DNA of 64,000 bases from Octopus bimaculoides. Lineage: Eukaryota. Each line of letters opens with the position of its first letter. The first letter of the stretch is position 1. A program made the position numbers and the translations under genes. Of the stretch, positions 51,071-64,000 are shown piece by piece. The stretch covers positions 101,763,449 to 101,827,448 of the forward strand of contig NC_068981.1 in NCBI RefSeq assembly GCF_001194135.2, read 5' to 3'. Below the pieces are notes generated by a model. That model made no database searches. It worked only from the letters and a program-made list of their open reading frames with translations, and was not told where the DNA came from.

Positions 51071-52412
51071 TATACATGCACACACACACACATATATATA
51101 TATACACACATATGCACATACACACATACACAATGTTTCAGAAGACACTAAAAAGCCTACCAATATGTTCAGTTCATTCTATTCTGATCCTATTTACTTT
51201 GTAGCATTATATTAAGTAGTATTGGTGGAAGTGACTGTGGTGCAGTGCAACAGTATTGCAACCTATTGATGCTTGTGATTAGTCCATGAAATGTGGGTGA
51301 GTTCTGTTATTTCGATTACAAATTGAGGTTGTGGTCTCTAAATATCTCACAAACTGATTATTAATTACAATAATATCTAAAGTAGAAGATATTTTCTAAA
51401 GAAACTGAAAAAAAAACAAAAAAACAAAATAAAAAAATAATAAAGTCAAATATTTCAATGCCACTATTTAATCCTATGTAATCAGTGTTAATGCTGTTCT
51501 TTCCCTGCAATCATTTTTGTCACTATTGACAGTTTGGTATAAAGTCTGATACATGACACGAAAAGAGTTTGAAACTACTTCAGTGATTTCTAACCCAAAG
51601 TTCTCTTGGAATTGGTGAGATCACTAGGAAACCAATCCCCCTACTATACCCCAATAGTAATACAATGAAAATATATTTCTTCATATGAGAATGGCAGAAT
51701 TTGGTAAAAATGGTAGCTAACACACTGGACTAACAACCTCAAATACTATTTACTTGTTTTGTCATCACATATTACCTCTGATCAAGCAGACATATCAAAG
51801 GTGTTACTTGAGCTATGACTATTCCATTTCTAGGACTACATTATCTGATATCCTTTTTTTTTTTTAAGCTGATAATATATGATACCAGAGTAAATTTAAC
51901 CACATCACTGTTTCTTCTTTATTCCCACTGTATCCAGTTTTGATTCTTTCTGGTTTCAAAACAGAACAACTTAAGTATTCATCTCTCTCTGTAGGGTGAA
52001 CAAAATAAGTATTTTTGATATCTTTAAGGTACAAGCATAGCTGGGTGATTAAGAAATTCATTTTACAGCTACATAGTTGAGTGAAACTGAGCTGCCCTTT
52101 CCTGTCATCAGCCTTCATCTGTTTCCAAGCAAGGTAATATTTTCTCATAGTCAAACACTTATGGAAGATTGGAGATCAAGGACACCTTTTGCATAACAGT
52201 AATGCTTATATGCAACCATTATACGATGCCAAGAAAAGGAGACACTAGCACACATGGGCTTCTTTCAGTTTCTGTCTACTAAATCTACTCACAAGGATTT
52301 GGCCAGCCTGAGGCTATAGTAGAAGATACTTGCCCAGGATTCCCACAATAGGACTAAACCTTAAATATCTGGGAAACAAACTTCTTAACCATAGAGTCAA
52401 GCTCACCATATA

Positions 52413-53278
52413 TCATCATCATCATCATCATTTAATGTCTGTTTTCCATGCTGGCATGGATTGGGTAGTTTGATTGAGGACTGGCAAGCCAGGAGACAGC
52501 ACCAGGCTCCAGTCTGATCTAGCAAGGTTTCTGAAGCTGGATGCCCTTCCTAATGCCAATCACTCTGAGAATGTAGGGGGTGCTTTTTATGTGCCACCAG
52601 TATGGGAGCCAGGCAGGAGGCACTGGCATCAACCATACTCAAATGGTGCTTTTTACATGCCACTGGCACTGGCATCAGCCACGCTCAAATGGTGCTTTTT
52701 ACATGCCATAAATATGGGTACCAATCTGGCAGCAATGGCATCAGCCATGACTACAATTTCAATTAACTCAACGGGTCTTCTCAAGCACAGATTATTGCCC
52801 AACAATTGAAAGGTACTTTTAAACAAGCCAGTTATGCTACACTAGCATCGACCACAGTTATGATCTCACTTGGCTTGCTAGGTCTTCTCAAGCACAGCAT
52901 ATCTCCAAAGGTCTCAGTCGTTTGTCATTGCCTCTGTGAGGCCCAATGTTTGAAGGTTGTGCTTCACCACCTCATCCCAGGTCTTCCTGGGTCTACCTCT
53001 TCCGCAGGATCCCTCCACTGTTAGGGTGTGACACTTTTTTTACATAGCTGTCCTCATCCATATGCAACACATGACCATACCAGCACAGTTGTCACTCTTG
53101 CACACCACATCTGATGCTCCTTATGTCCAACTTTTCTCTTGGGGCACTTACACTCTGTCATGTATGCACAATGACATTACACATCTAGTGTAGCATACTA
53201 GCTTCATTTCTTTCAAGCCTATGCATGTCCTCAGCAGTCACAGCCCATGTTTCACTGCCATGCAGCATGGCGGTTTGC
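52413..53278 (-). mobile_element. RTE-clade LINE, 5'-truncated, longest copy in the window
   Basis: Minus: TAMLHGSETWAVTAEDMHRLERNEASML..WYGHVLHMDEDSYVKKCHTLTVEGSCGRGRPRKTWDEVVK..DLWRYAVLEKT, with stops; (GAT)n tail at 52413. Confidence 0.9.
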
Positions 53279-53404
53279 TATGTGTTTAACAGAAGTTTCA
53301 TAGTGAAATGCAAAAATGGTTTCTCATTGCCTTCTTTTGGATATTGTTTTTTTTACAAGACACCATCTTGGCTAGATACAGACATAATTTGCCATTCCTG
53401 CAGA

Positions 53405-53650
53405 CAGGTCTGGTTTTAAGGCCATTAGACAGATCTGTTTAAATTGAGTCCCATGCCATGAGAGGGCTTCTGTGCACACAATTGAGTGGAGGACACTATG
53501 ATGAATTTTTAGTATGTCATTGTGGCTACTGGTGGAGCTTCAACCCCTCAATGTTTATTGGCTGGAACTGGTGTACTACACAAAGCATAAAATATCAATC
53601 ATCAGCTTTTGCAAAAGTAGAGGGCTTTGCACTTCCTAGCACTGGCCCTG
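53405..53650. mobile_element. hAT-type MITE (246 bp)
   Basis: TIRs caggtctggt / actggccctg; 8-bp TSD cctgcaga (53397-53404) / tctgcaga (53651-53658). Confidence 0.65.
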
Positions 53651-54814
53651 TCTGCAGAGGCTCTCAGAATGTAAAGAGCTGGAACAAATACTACAAAGAA
53701 TTCAGTTGAATATTCTTGTACTTCCTCCAATCCACTACTCTGTACTGGCACTAAATTTTAGACCCCCCCCCCAACAAAGATAATAGACAAAGTTGACCTT
53801 AGTGAGATTTGAACTCAGAGTGTAAAGAACCAGAACAAAATATTGCAAGGCTACATCATTGACCTGTACTAAAGTTACTTGTGACCAATCGTTTTTCATC
53901 AACATAGTCCAATTTAATGAGATGTGATCTCAATATAGCTTTGCATGATTGTCTGATATTTAAACATCTGTATTTCCTATGTGGCACATATGAATATTTA
54001 TTAGGAGTCTGCAAGAACTTCCCCTTAGCTATTTTGATCAACTTAACTTGTACTTGTAATTTACTATCAAGTCACTTAATTCTCGATAGCTAAATACCAG
54101 CAAAATAAACCAAGTGGGTTAACATTAGATGCACTAATAAGGAATATTATGACAAGTGACCCTTGTACCAAGAAACACATTTCCTCAGTTTCTGATAGAC
54201 TTGTTGGAGAGTTATTGCCATGAGGTATAAAATATTCAAGGCAATCAAAGACTCAGAGAGATGAATCTTTAGTTTATGTGCCAAAAGCCATGATTATTTC
54301 TTTTTAAATTAAGTGAATATAATCTCATAAAAGCATCAAAGTGATTTTTATAATCCACTTATATTATTAGGTTTCAGAATAATTACAGAATTTATACTGA
54401 AAGCACCTTTTATATTCCTCTCAAAATCAACAGAATTATTTCCAAGATAAGTGTGAGAATTTTACCATAAAGTAAGATTTATAATCTTTGAATAAAATAT
54501 CATACCTTAATCCAATCATCACAAGCACCATATAATGAATACAGTAAACACTTTGAAAATTTCCAGATAAAAATAAACGGGAGCATTTTAGTGGAGCTAA
54601 TCAGGCAGAGATAGCGGATAGAATCAGCTGCAGGAGCTTCAAAAGCAGGGCTATGAATAGCTTAGAAAATAGTGCTTTAAAATGTTTTAAGCCTAAGATT
54701 TACATTTCCATTTAGGCTCATTATGAGATATTTTGTAGTCAGGGTTAAAAAAAAAACAAAAAACAAAAAACAAAAATGCTGTAGGCTACTTTAGATCTTT
54801 AAATGAATAAGTAT

Positions 54815-55175
54815 CTTTTATCCTTTATTTGTTTCAGTCATTAAACTGTGGCCATGCTGGAGCAAAGCCTTGAAGAATTTTTAGTTGAATGAATCGATTC
54901 CAGTACTTTTTTTTTTTTAAAGCCTGGCAATTATTCTATTGATCTCTTTGCCAAACTGCTAAGTTATAGGGATGTAAACACACTAACACTGACTGTCAAA
55001 CAGTAGTGGGGGACAGAAACACAAAGACACAAACACACACACACACACACACACGAGGCTTTGGTCAGCCTGAAGATTCAATAGAAGTCACTTGCTTGAG
55101 GTGCCATTCAGTGGGACTGAACCCAGATCTATGTGGATGGGATGCAAGTTTCTTACCACACAGCAATGCCTGCAC
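54815..55175 (-). mobile_element. SINE family B
   Basis: Reverse-complement match. Confidence 0.75.
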
Positions 55176-55469
55176 CTATAATCATATATTAATTATTTCT
55201 AATTCTAATGAAGAATTGAGGATAGAGGGTATTATTTTGATCTGAATTCTGTATTTAGATTTTGTATCAATATATGGGAGACATATATTCTATTGTTTAC
55301 TTGTTTCTGTTACTGGACTGTGGCCATGCTGGTACTTGTTTTCAAGTGTGATCATTATTTTATCAGTCTCTTTCAGAGGCATGACCAAACCAACACCAGT
55401 TGTCAAATGGTAGGGTGACAAACACATGTATGCACACACACACACTCATATTATTTATATATGTGTATT

Positions 55470-55885
55470 GACCAGGAAGACCTGGGCTGACCAGGAAGAC
55501 CTGGGCTGAGGTGGTGAGGCAAGACCTTCGTACATTGGGCCTCACCGAGGCGATGACTACGGACCGAGACCTTTGGAAATGGGCTGTGCGTGAGAAGACC
55601 CGGCAAGCCAAGTAAGATCGTTGCCAGTGCCCCTGGACTGGCTTGTGCGGGTGGCACATAAAAGACACCATTTCGAGCGTGGCCGTTTTCGTGCGGGTGA
55701 CACGTAAAAGCACCCACTACACTCTCTGAGTGGTTGGCGTTAGGAAGGGCATCCAGCTGTAGAAACTCTGCCAAATCAGACTGGAGCCTGGTGTTGCCAT
55801 CCGGTTTCACCAGTCCTCAGTCAAATCGTCCAACCCATGCTAGCATGGAAAGCGGACGTTAAACGATGATGATGATGATGATGAT
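55470..55885 (+). mobile_element. Young RTE-clade LINE 3' end
   Basis: RKTWAEVVRQDLRTLGLTEAMTTDRDLWKWAVREKTRQAK* without stops, CpG-rich, (GAT)n tail, 19-bp tandem duplication at the 5' junction. Confidence 0.9.
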
Positions 55886-55904
55886 ATATATATATATATA
55901 TATA

Positions 55905-56100
55905 CTAGAAAGCTAGTATGCTCTGCTGGATGTATAATGTTAGTGTGCATACACAACTGAGTGTAAGTACTCTGAGAGAAAAGTAGAAACCTTATCAGAT
56001 CAGATTGGAGCCTAGTACAGCCTTCCAGTCCTCAGTCAAACCGTCCAATTCATGCCAGCATGAAAAACAGATGTTAAATGACAATGATGATGATGATATA
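55905..56100 (+). mobile_element. Internally deleted RTE remnant (ORF2 piece fused to the terminal 3' UTR)
   Basis: ASMLCWMYNVSVHTQLSVSTLREK joined directly to agaaacc...gcatgaaaaacagatgttaaatgacaatgatgat. Confidence 0.7.
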
Positions 56101-56974
56101 TATGATGGGTTTTCATACACTTTCTGTCTACTAAATTTACTCACAAGGCTATAGTCAGTCTGGGGCTGTAGTTGAAGACACTTGCTCAAGGTGTCACACA
56201 ATGGGATTGAACCTGAAACCATGTGGTTGCAAAATGACCTTCTAACCCACATAACCACACAGCCAAACTTGTGCCTAGGTTCATCACTTAATCACATAAC
56301 ATTGGCAAACTGCTCTCTTAGAAATAAGATGGATATTATGATTTATACGTCAAGAGTAATTGAATTAGAGAGATATAGCTTCAACCAATGGTAAAAAAAG
56401 AAATATCAGACTTGTGGCTGATATTAGCTTTCAGCTTTATCACAATGTCCTTAAAACTCTTTTAATGCTGACCCACCTGAGACTGCTACTAGTTCTATTA
56501 TATAAAATCACTCAGTTTAGAATGCACAGATTTAAATTAAAACTGTCTATCATTTTATCTTAGAATATTTTTGTTATGTTTTAAACAGCATATTAATTTA
56601 TTTTACTAAATCTTCCCAAAGTCTTGATTATATTCAGAATTAATAAAAAAAATATAAACTGTATTTCTCACCAAAAGTACAGTAAAGGGTTAAATCTAAA
56701 AAAAAAAAACCCTTTTATTTTGTTTTTCATGAAAATTATCATATAGACATAATGTAGCTTTGCATATTACTTAATAATTCACTGTTGAAGTGCTATTGGA
56801 ATTCCTTTTATTTACATCCTGTCAAACTTTAATAGACAAGAAACATTACTGTGTAGGTTTATGGCTTATCAAATTTTAATGTGTAGCACTAGAGGTTTAA
56901 AATAACACTAAAATATAACTATAAAGACTTTTATTATTTTCGATTTTCTTTTTCTGTGCTACCAAAGACTGGAC

Positions 56975-57096
56975 GGTAATTTTTTGAAACTGGTACATTT
57001 ACATATTTATGGAGCCATGGTAATTTTTTGAAACTGGTACATTTACATATTTATTGAGCCAAGACACAGAAAAGATGAAAGTCTTTTCTGTGTCTT
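56975..57096. repeat. 43-bp tandem duplication immediately followed by a perfect 15-bp hairpin
   Basis: Units 56975-57017 and 57019-57061 (1 mismatch); stem 57061-57075 / 57082-57096, loop tgaaag. Confidence 0.9.
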
Positions 57097-58517
57097 CAGA
57101 TGACTACTGGAAATAGTAGCAAAGTCTCCCTCAAAATATACCTGATCATCTTAGAACAAGAGGGACACATTGGTTAGTGTAGTTGTGAATATAACTCTGA
57201 GAAAATGAAGAGCAGATGGTCATGGTTAAAAAGTATTTCCTACTTTATTAGGGTTGAAGCTAAACAACAACAACAACAGCTATGAAGTAAGAATGGCACC
57301 TATTTGTCAGTTAAGTAGACTGTGACTTAAAAGGTTGTATAAACAGCCCAGGAGCTCAATGCAATAAATATGACACCTAGAACGGTTTGAATTCATGACT
57401 GTATAACTATTGGCGGAGCAATTTAGTCTCAGTCATTGTGTCTCACTGTGTAGGTAATTTCAGATAAACCATTGAAACATGAAGTCCATGAAGTCTTCAA
57501 ATGATATCAACAATGCTTTTATGAGATTATATTCACTTAATTTAAAAAGAAATAATCATGGATTTTGGCATATAAACTAAAAGATTAATCTCTTTGAGTG
57601 TTTGACAAGGATATCATTTGAAGATCTCATTGACTTTAGTTGTCTATCAAAAGCAGGTTAATCTACTGGAGCTCATCACTCTCCAAATTATATTCTAGAT
57701 AAATGTGATACAGACAAGGAGAGAGCCTCTGTGTGGTTGCTGAAACTGCCAGAAACAGCAGCCAAATATACTTTAAATTACACACATTCATTTTTAGTGT
57801 TTAACTGTTTCAGTGAAGAGTTCCCTTTTATTTTCATAATCACACATATTGATGGAAATCTAGTTGTTGCTTCAGTTGTTGTGTTGCTCTGCTTGATATT
57901 AGAGGACAATCAGTGTCAGCTGGGCCATATTTCCTGTTATTTCCTGTTGGTATTAAGACACAGAATCTAAACAAAGAGCCAGAACAGATATTGCAAGGCA
58001 TCTTGTCCAGTGTTTTAACAGTTCCATCAATTCCCTACTCTGGACTGGAATTTTATTGGTCAACCCTGTAAAGGTGAAAGACAAAGTCAATCCTAGCAAG
58101 GATTTAAGGATTTGAACTTAGAGCACACAAAGCCAGAGTAAAATACCACAAAACATTGAAACTGACACTTTACTACCAATTCTGCCAATTGATCACCTTT
58201 TCTCAAATTATGTACTAATGTCTTTAAAAAATTGGAAGGTCATGGCTGGATAACATTTGATCAAAGAACTGTTTGGTAACAGAACTCACTTGGGGTTTCA
58301 GAACATTAGATAAATGGGAGTGTTTCTGATATTGCTGCTCCAGTTATGTCAAAAGGTGATAGGTAAAATAGTTCAAATGGAATGAAGGGAATAAGAGGCA
58401 AAGAGATGGACAGCACGAGAAGTTACAACAGGTTGACCAAAAATTCAAAAAGTGATGGACAAATTGTAAACATACAAGAAAGAAATAACAATAAGTGTTG
58501 TGTAAAATGAATAGTGT

Positions 58518-58900
58518 GGAGGTGCAATGGCCCAGTGGTTAGGGCAGCGGACTCGCGGTCATAGGATCGCAGTTTCGATTCCCAGACCGAGCGTTGTGTG
58601 TGTTTATTGAGTGAAAACACCTAAAGCTCCACAAGGCTCCAGCAGGGGATGGTGGCGAACCCTGATGTACTCTTCCACCACAACTTTCTCACACTCTTAC
58701 TTCCTGTTTCTGTTGTACCTGCAATTCAAAGGGTCAGTCTTGTCACACTGTGTCACGCTGAATATCCCCGAGAACTACGTTAAGGGTACACGTGTCTGTG
58801 GAGTGCTCAGTCACTTGCACGTTAATTTCATGAGCAGGCTGTTCCGTTGATCGGATCAACTGGAACCCTCGACATCGTAAGCGACGGAGTGCCAAGAACC
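58518..58900 (+). mobile_element. tRNA(Arg)-like SINE family A, full length
   Basis: Highly similar to 10505-10893; degenerate 15-bp TSD aaaatgaatagtgtg / aaagtgagtagtatg. Confidence 0.9.
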
Positions 58901-60087
58901 AAAGTGAGTAGTATGTTAAAAAGAGGAAAAGATGCTGACATATTTCGGGTAAACTTCTTATCAAAATAGAGTAAGATGCAAGATAAAAGAAGCAATAAAA
59001 AGAATGATATCTATTTGAAAAACATGTGTTAATCTTCTGCAATATGCTAAAACTGGAATGGTTTGAACTCAGCACTCTTAAGCTAACTGGCTACTTATTA
59101 ATTAATTTACTTACTTTTATATAATGCATTTTCCGAAAAGAAAAAAAAAAAAAGCATCATTGGTGTAAGTGACGAGGGAATGTCAATGATTTAATTTTGT
59201 TTGAATGCACCAATTTAATATTTTCTTCACCAATGTGCACATCGTTTATTGATAAATATTGCTAAAAGACATACACATATGATGAACTCCTGTACAGTTT
59301 GCATCTACTAAATTTCACTTACAAGGTATTGGTTGACCCAAAGTGACACATAGTGGGTTCAATCTCAAAAGTGTTCATAGAACTACAATACTCTCATGGG
59401 TTTAATAGGTCTAGATACTAAAAGACTTAGAAGAAATTAAGATGGCAATTTTGGACCTTAGTAGAATGTAAATTCAGAAGACAAAGGACCAAAATACATA
59501 CTGGAAGGTGTTTTGTCTGATGCTCTTACTAGTCATATCAGGGGACAGTTTAATTGATTGTACTCTTGATCTCCAATTTTCTAACTTGTGTCTAATTAAA
59601 AGTTAAAAAAGTACCACCAGTGAATGATAAGAAGCCTCTGTGTGATAACTCAACATCCTAAATAATAGTCAAATATTCCTCAAATCCTAGAAAAGAACAC
59701 ATTGGACCCTGTGGTCCAAGTTTTCCTGGCCATAGGAAAAAACAGACAGGATGGACATGGCTGGAATACCATTGTTAATATCCATCCTGACCAGGGGTTA
59801 AACAAGGACAATAATGAATCTTGATTATTTATAGATTCTAAACATAACCTCATGCCTCGCTCAGTCATGACCTTTTCACCAGTAGCAATATAAAATGTTA
59901 CCAATGTCTGTCTGAAGAATTCTGTGGACACCAACATCAAAGAGTTTGGTCTTTCACTACTGTTTGCATATCAGTCTCCTTACAAACAACTGCAAGGGGA
60001 AATGACTTGTTAGTGGTTCCCTACAAGATATAACCCTAACCCTTTTTCTAAACACTTTCTTATTTTAAGATTCCTTTTATCATCTTC

Positions 60088-60240
60088 AGTCTTCTTCTTC
60101 TTCTTCTTCTTCTCCTCCTCCCCTTCTTCTTCTTCTTCTTCTTCTTCTTCTTCTTCTTCTTCTTCTCCTCCCCTTCTTCTTCTTCTTCTTCTCCTCCTCC
60201 CCTTATTCTTCTTCTTCTTCTTATCATTATTATTATTATC
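60088..60240. repeat. (CTT)n array with periodic (CTC)/CCCC interruptions, then (ATT)n
   Basis: Directly visible homopyrimidine tract. Confidence 0.95.
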
Positions 60241-63200
60241 AGGTTATATCTTTTGAAAAGATACTCCTATTCAGATTTCTATACTCCTTAATAATGAGAA
60301 TGTTTATATATTTATTTGTGTGTGTGTGTGTGTGCGTGTGTGCATTTTCCTTTTCATTTGTTTTTGATTTTCATGTAGTGGTCTCTAAAATTAGGAAGAA
60401 GTCAATGAAAGAAAACTTCTTTTGTATTGCATTTCGTGTTATATACTCAATTATCTGCTGCAGCACCATTTATTCATTGTAGAAAAAGAAAAGATTGTTA
60501 CTGGTTTATTTCTTCATTTCTTACTTTTATTGTAGTTGCTGTGTAGCATATTTTTTCTTTTTTATATATATTTTTATTGTTATGGTTGTGAAGAGTTTTC
60601 TGTAATTTTCTGTTAATGAAAATCTCACTAAATCTGAATGGCTCTCATGCAATCTCATGCCAAGTTTTACGATAATGTTGCAAGAACTTCGACAATAAAT
60701 GTTAAGATTGCCTTCTAAAAATCACCTTAGCTATCTCTAAACTATTAATCCTTCATTCCCCAAAGGGTAGGCACATTACATAATAACAAGAAAAAAAAAG
60801 TACAGAAGGAATCTATAGATGTTGAAACCTAAACAGTTTTCTTTGTAAGAAATATCCATTTTAGATGATATTTTAGATATTTTCAGAAGATGAGAATAGG
60901 GCTGACTCAGTGACCCAAGAGATCAGTAGTTCTTATGATTCTGCCACTAGCATTATGTTGTGTACATAGTCAAGATTCTTAAGGCTCAAACAGCACAGTT
61001 AAGTTAGTGTTAGCATATGCAAATGTAGATATGGTTAAAAATCAGATTGGAAATGATTATGTGGAGAAGAAAAAAAAATACAATATTCTTCAATCACTAA
61101 ATTTCAAGTTTCATCATTTCAGGGTCGATAAATTAAGTACGAGTCTAAAGTACAGGATCGGGGGAATTATTAGAGACTCAGATGAGATGCTTTGTAGTAT
61201 TTGTTCTGATTCTATATGTTCTGAGTTCAAAATCCACCTAGATATCGATAGCTAACTACTGGATCATGTAAAGCAGTCTACCCAATATGAAATAACAGGT
61301 AGGCCTACAACCAGCATAGATAAGACAGCAGAGACATACAGAGGCTTCATTCAACAGTGAATTGACAACAGTATATTTTTGGTAAATATGGGATACAATT
61401 ATGGACATGTTTTGGATTATTCTGGCCTCATAAGGGAATAAATGGAGTGTTGGACTTTTAAAGATCATTGTTCTCTTTATACTCCAAGTTCAAATCCCAG
61501 TGTAGTTGTCTTTACTATAAGTTCCTTCTGGTGTGGTGGGGGTGAAATTTTAATGAAACAAGTATGAATACCCCAATAATTAATTCAGTTACAAATTTAT
61601 GGCTTTGTACCAATATAAAAACTGAATATTAATAGTGATCTTTCTTCATGACTGCTAATGTCAGCTAGAAATCTTGAAGAAGTACTGTGCATTGCACAAA
61701 GGTTGTACAGGCACAGTGTAATAGCTGTAGATTTGAACTCAAACCATACACTCAGTAGGTAACTCAGCACTTTAATTTTATGGTCACCATATCTCAGAAA
61801 GTTAAAAACGGAAAAAAGCATTAAACAAAAAAAGTTTTTAAAAATTATAGCTTGACAATTCTAAAGAAATCAAAACAAATTTAATCTAATTATTAATTAT
61901 TAATCACATTCTACTCAAACCATAAGCAATCTTAGTTAATTATCTAATTATATTAGTTTGTTATTATTGTTTAGATCTAGGTCCCTGATTGAGAAGAAGC
62001 ATGTCCAAAAGAATTTCAGTCATGATCATAAGAAACTTTCTCTTGATTGATGAGCAGATAAAGGGGACTATCTAAATGCTGTAGGACCCTAGAACTATTT
62101 AGTTAGTGTAGTGAATTGGTATAACTTATTAGGATTCGTGAGAGTTAGCATTCAAATAGTGCATTTAGAGTGTCTCTGTTTGGTAGGGTTTGCTTCTCTC
62201 CAAAATATATCCAACCAAAGGAGATGGACTTAGTGCTATACGCTGCTAACTAAAACACTTATCAATTTAACCTGATAGAGTTAAAGCAGTGACAACCACA
62301 ATCCCAACTTTCTTGAAACAGCTGTGAAATCTCACTCATATCACACTATAATGTTAAATTAAAGTCTGTTTTGAATCTACAGGCTCATAAAGTCAGACCT
62401 TATCCCATTTTCCGAGGGGTACAAGCAACTGAGAGTACAAGGTTTCCCCCTGGACATATTTATCTACTGCAAGGTTAAAACCCAGAAGCTGCTGGCATGC
62501 ATTTTCAGCTGAGTAGACTGGAATGATGTGAAATGAAGTATTTTGCTCAAGGACACAACATGCTGTCCATTCTAGAATTGAATACAACTTTATGATGTTA
62601 TCTTTACTTTCTGTTTTACTTGCTCACCAACCAAATTTTACCCCACTTCACAAATTCACAATTTCAGTTTCCCTTCTTTACCAGTTCACCATACTTATTC
62701 TTGCCCCCAAATTTAACAGTTCACCATCTTGTTTATCTTGCCCTTCCCCCTCTCACCATCCTGTCTCCACCCTCTGTTTATCACTTCACCAACCTGATCT
62801 CCCACCATGTATAATATGAAAGAAGTAGTCATGAATACAGCACAGTGTATTGTATTAGCAGTTATATATTCATTAAACATTAAAATTCATAAAACCAACA
62901 TTAAGAAAAAGAAATCTAGCAAAAACAGTACGAATAAAGAATTTTTCAACCTAAAGCAATTTTCCCCAGCTAAAGAATTACTGTACTAGAAACACTATCC
63001 AAATCTTTCTGAAATCACGCCTATGTGTCCTCATCTTAGAAAAATGAGAACATATTAGATAACATAATCTTTGATATATACAAAAAGCCAGAATGATTAT
63101 GGCTTGAATGCCTTTCATCATATGACTGACTTAGTGTTAAAAAACTAAAAACTAAAATATAAAACATATTTACAACTAGATAGCTTGGGTGGACAAGAGT

Positions 63201-63329
63201 CAAAAGTCTTTGTTACTGGAGACCTTGTGCAATGTGACACTGGCAACAAAATAAAAACTGTCAACCCTTTAGTCTGATTGCCCAACACCCTTTAACCCAG
63301 CAAGCTGCACTTCATATAACTTTCATCAA

Positions 63330-63549
63330 ACCTTTAGTATATAACTGGTCATATCCAGTCAAAATACTCTTACCTGTTTTACATTTAAACTGGTCAGATC
63401 CAGCCTTTTACACCTATCCTACAAAGTCATTCTAAAAATAAACAATCACATCATTGAAATCTCAAAGCTACAAGATAATCCTTGATTAATTTAAAACAAT
63501 GTGAGTAAATAAACATTACAATTGACAGGATAATCTGAATGCTGAAGGG
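63330..63549 (+). mobile_element. piggyBac-type MITE
   Basis: cctttagtat ... gaatgctgaaggg-TTAA; homologous to 36783-36993. Confidence 0.7.
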
Positions 63550-64000
63550 TTAACAAAATATTAAAATCTATTCGCTAACTACTATATGGATTTATCATAA
63601 AATCTGAAACATTTTGGAAATACTAATACCAACTCGATGACAAGTAATTATTTTATTGATTAAGAATGAAGGGCAGATGTTCTTGTAATGTCGGTTTCAA
63701 CTGTCTAGCATTAGAGGAACACTCACTATTTTTTGTATTTCCTATCAAAGTAGAAATTTGCTACACCTGAGTGAATATGTTGCTAAGTTACTGGGTTTAC
63801 AACATTTGTATGTTTATTACTGGAATATAAGAGACACTGCCACAGGTTGTATTTAGTGAAATTGACACTTAAGTAAGTATACATAGCTGAACTTAACCTA
63901 GCTGGCATGTATGTATGTACACACACATTTAGATATAATTTTAAATTATCATCCTTCACTGTTGAACATAATGAATTCTTTGTTTTGCAAACACCTTAGC

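Noticed and set aside
53458-53709. 83-aa Trp/Cys-containing ORF
   Set aside because: Lies mostly inside a MITE with TIRs and an 8-bp TSD
57061-57110. CUGAAGA next to a long stem on the minus strand, a possible third hammerhead
   Set aside because: No GAAA after the stem and no stem I/III
57488-57632. About 22-bp imperfect inverted repeat with a spacer of about 100 bp
   Set aside because: Probably a decayed MITE; no TSD or second copy seen, so left unannotated
59888-59981. Minus-strand acceptor catttccccttgcAG with possible exon
   Set aside because: All three frames close within the segment and the donors are weak; overlaps the equally uncertain plus-strand IKCYQC motif
60030-60045. TAACCC x2 telomere-like motif
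   Set aside because: Only two units; expected by chance

Overview
AT-rich eukaryotic genomic DNA that is almost entirely non-coding. The repeat families (tRNA-derived SINEs, RTE-type LINE 3' ends with (GAT)n tails, mariner/Tc1 remnants, TTAA and 8-bp-TSD MITEs, dense microsatellites) look like an octopus/coleoid cephalopod genome; this is inferred from repeat content, not searched. Five N-gaps indicate a short-read scaffold. No complete host gene is visible. There are only short candidate exons: minus strand 3878-3928 and 21280-21328, plus strand 35836-36153. The only unambiguous protein-coding remnants are transposon-derived. The most notable structure, not captured by the ORF track, is a catalytically complete type I hammerhead ribozyme on the minus strand (12478-12569) with a palindromic helix III, as in Penelope-like elements. 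A second, decayed hammerhead of a different family (9159-9229) sits inside a 21-bp inverted repeat next to a 59-bp-arm palindrome. Also notable are a mariner copy whose left end is replaced by a 16-bp duplication of its right flank, and a pile-up of about 10 SINEs in 2.2 kb. Coordinates of old repeats are approximate and were read by eye.
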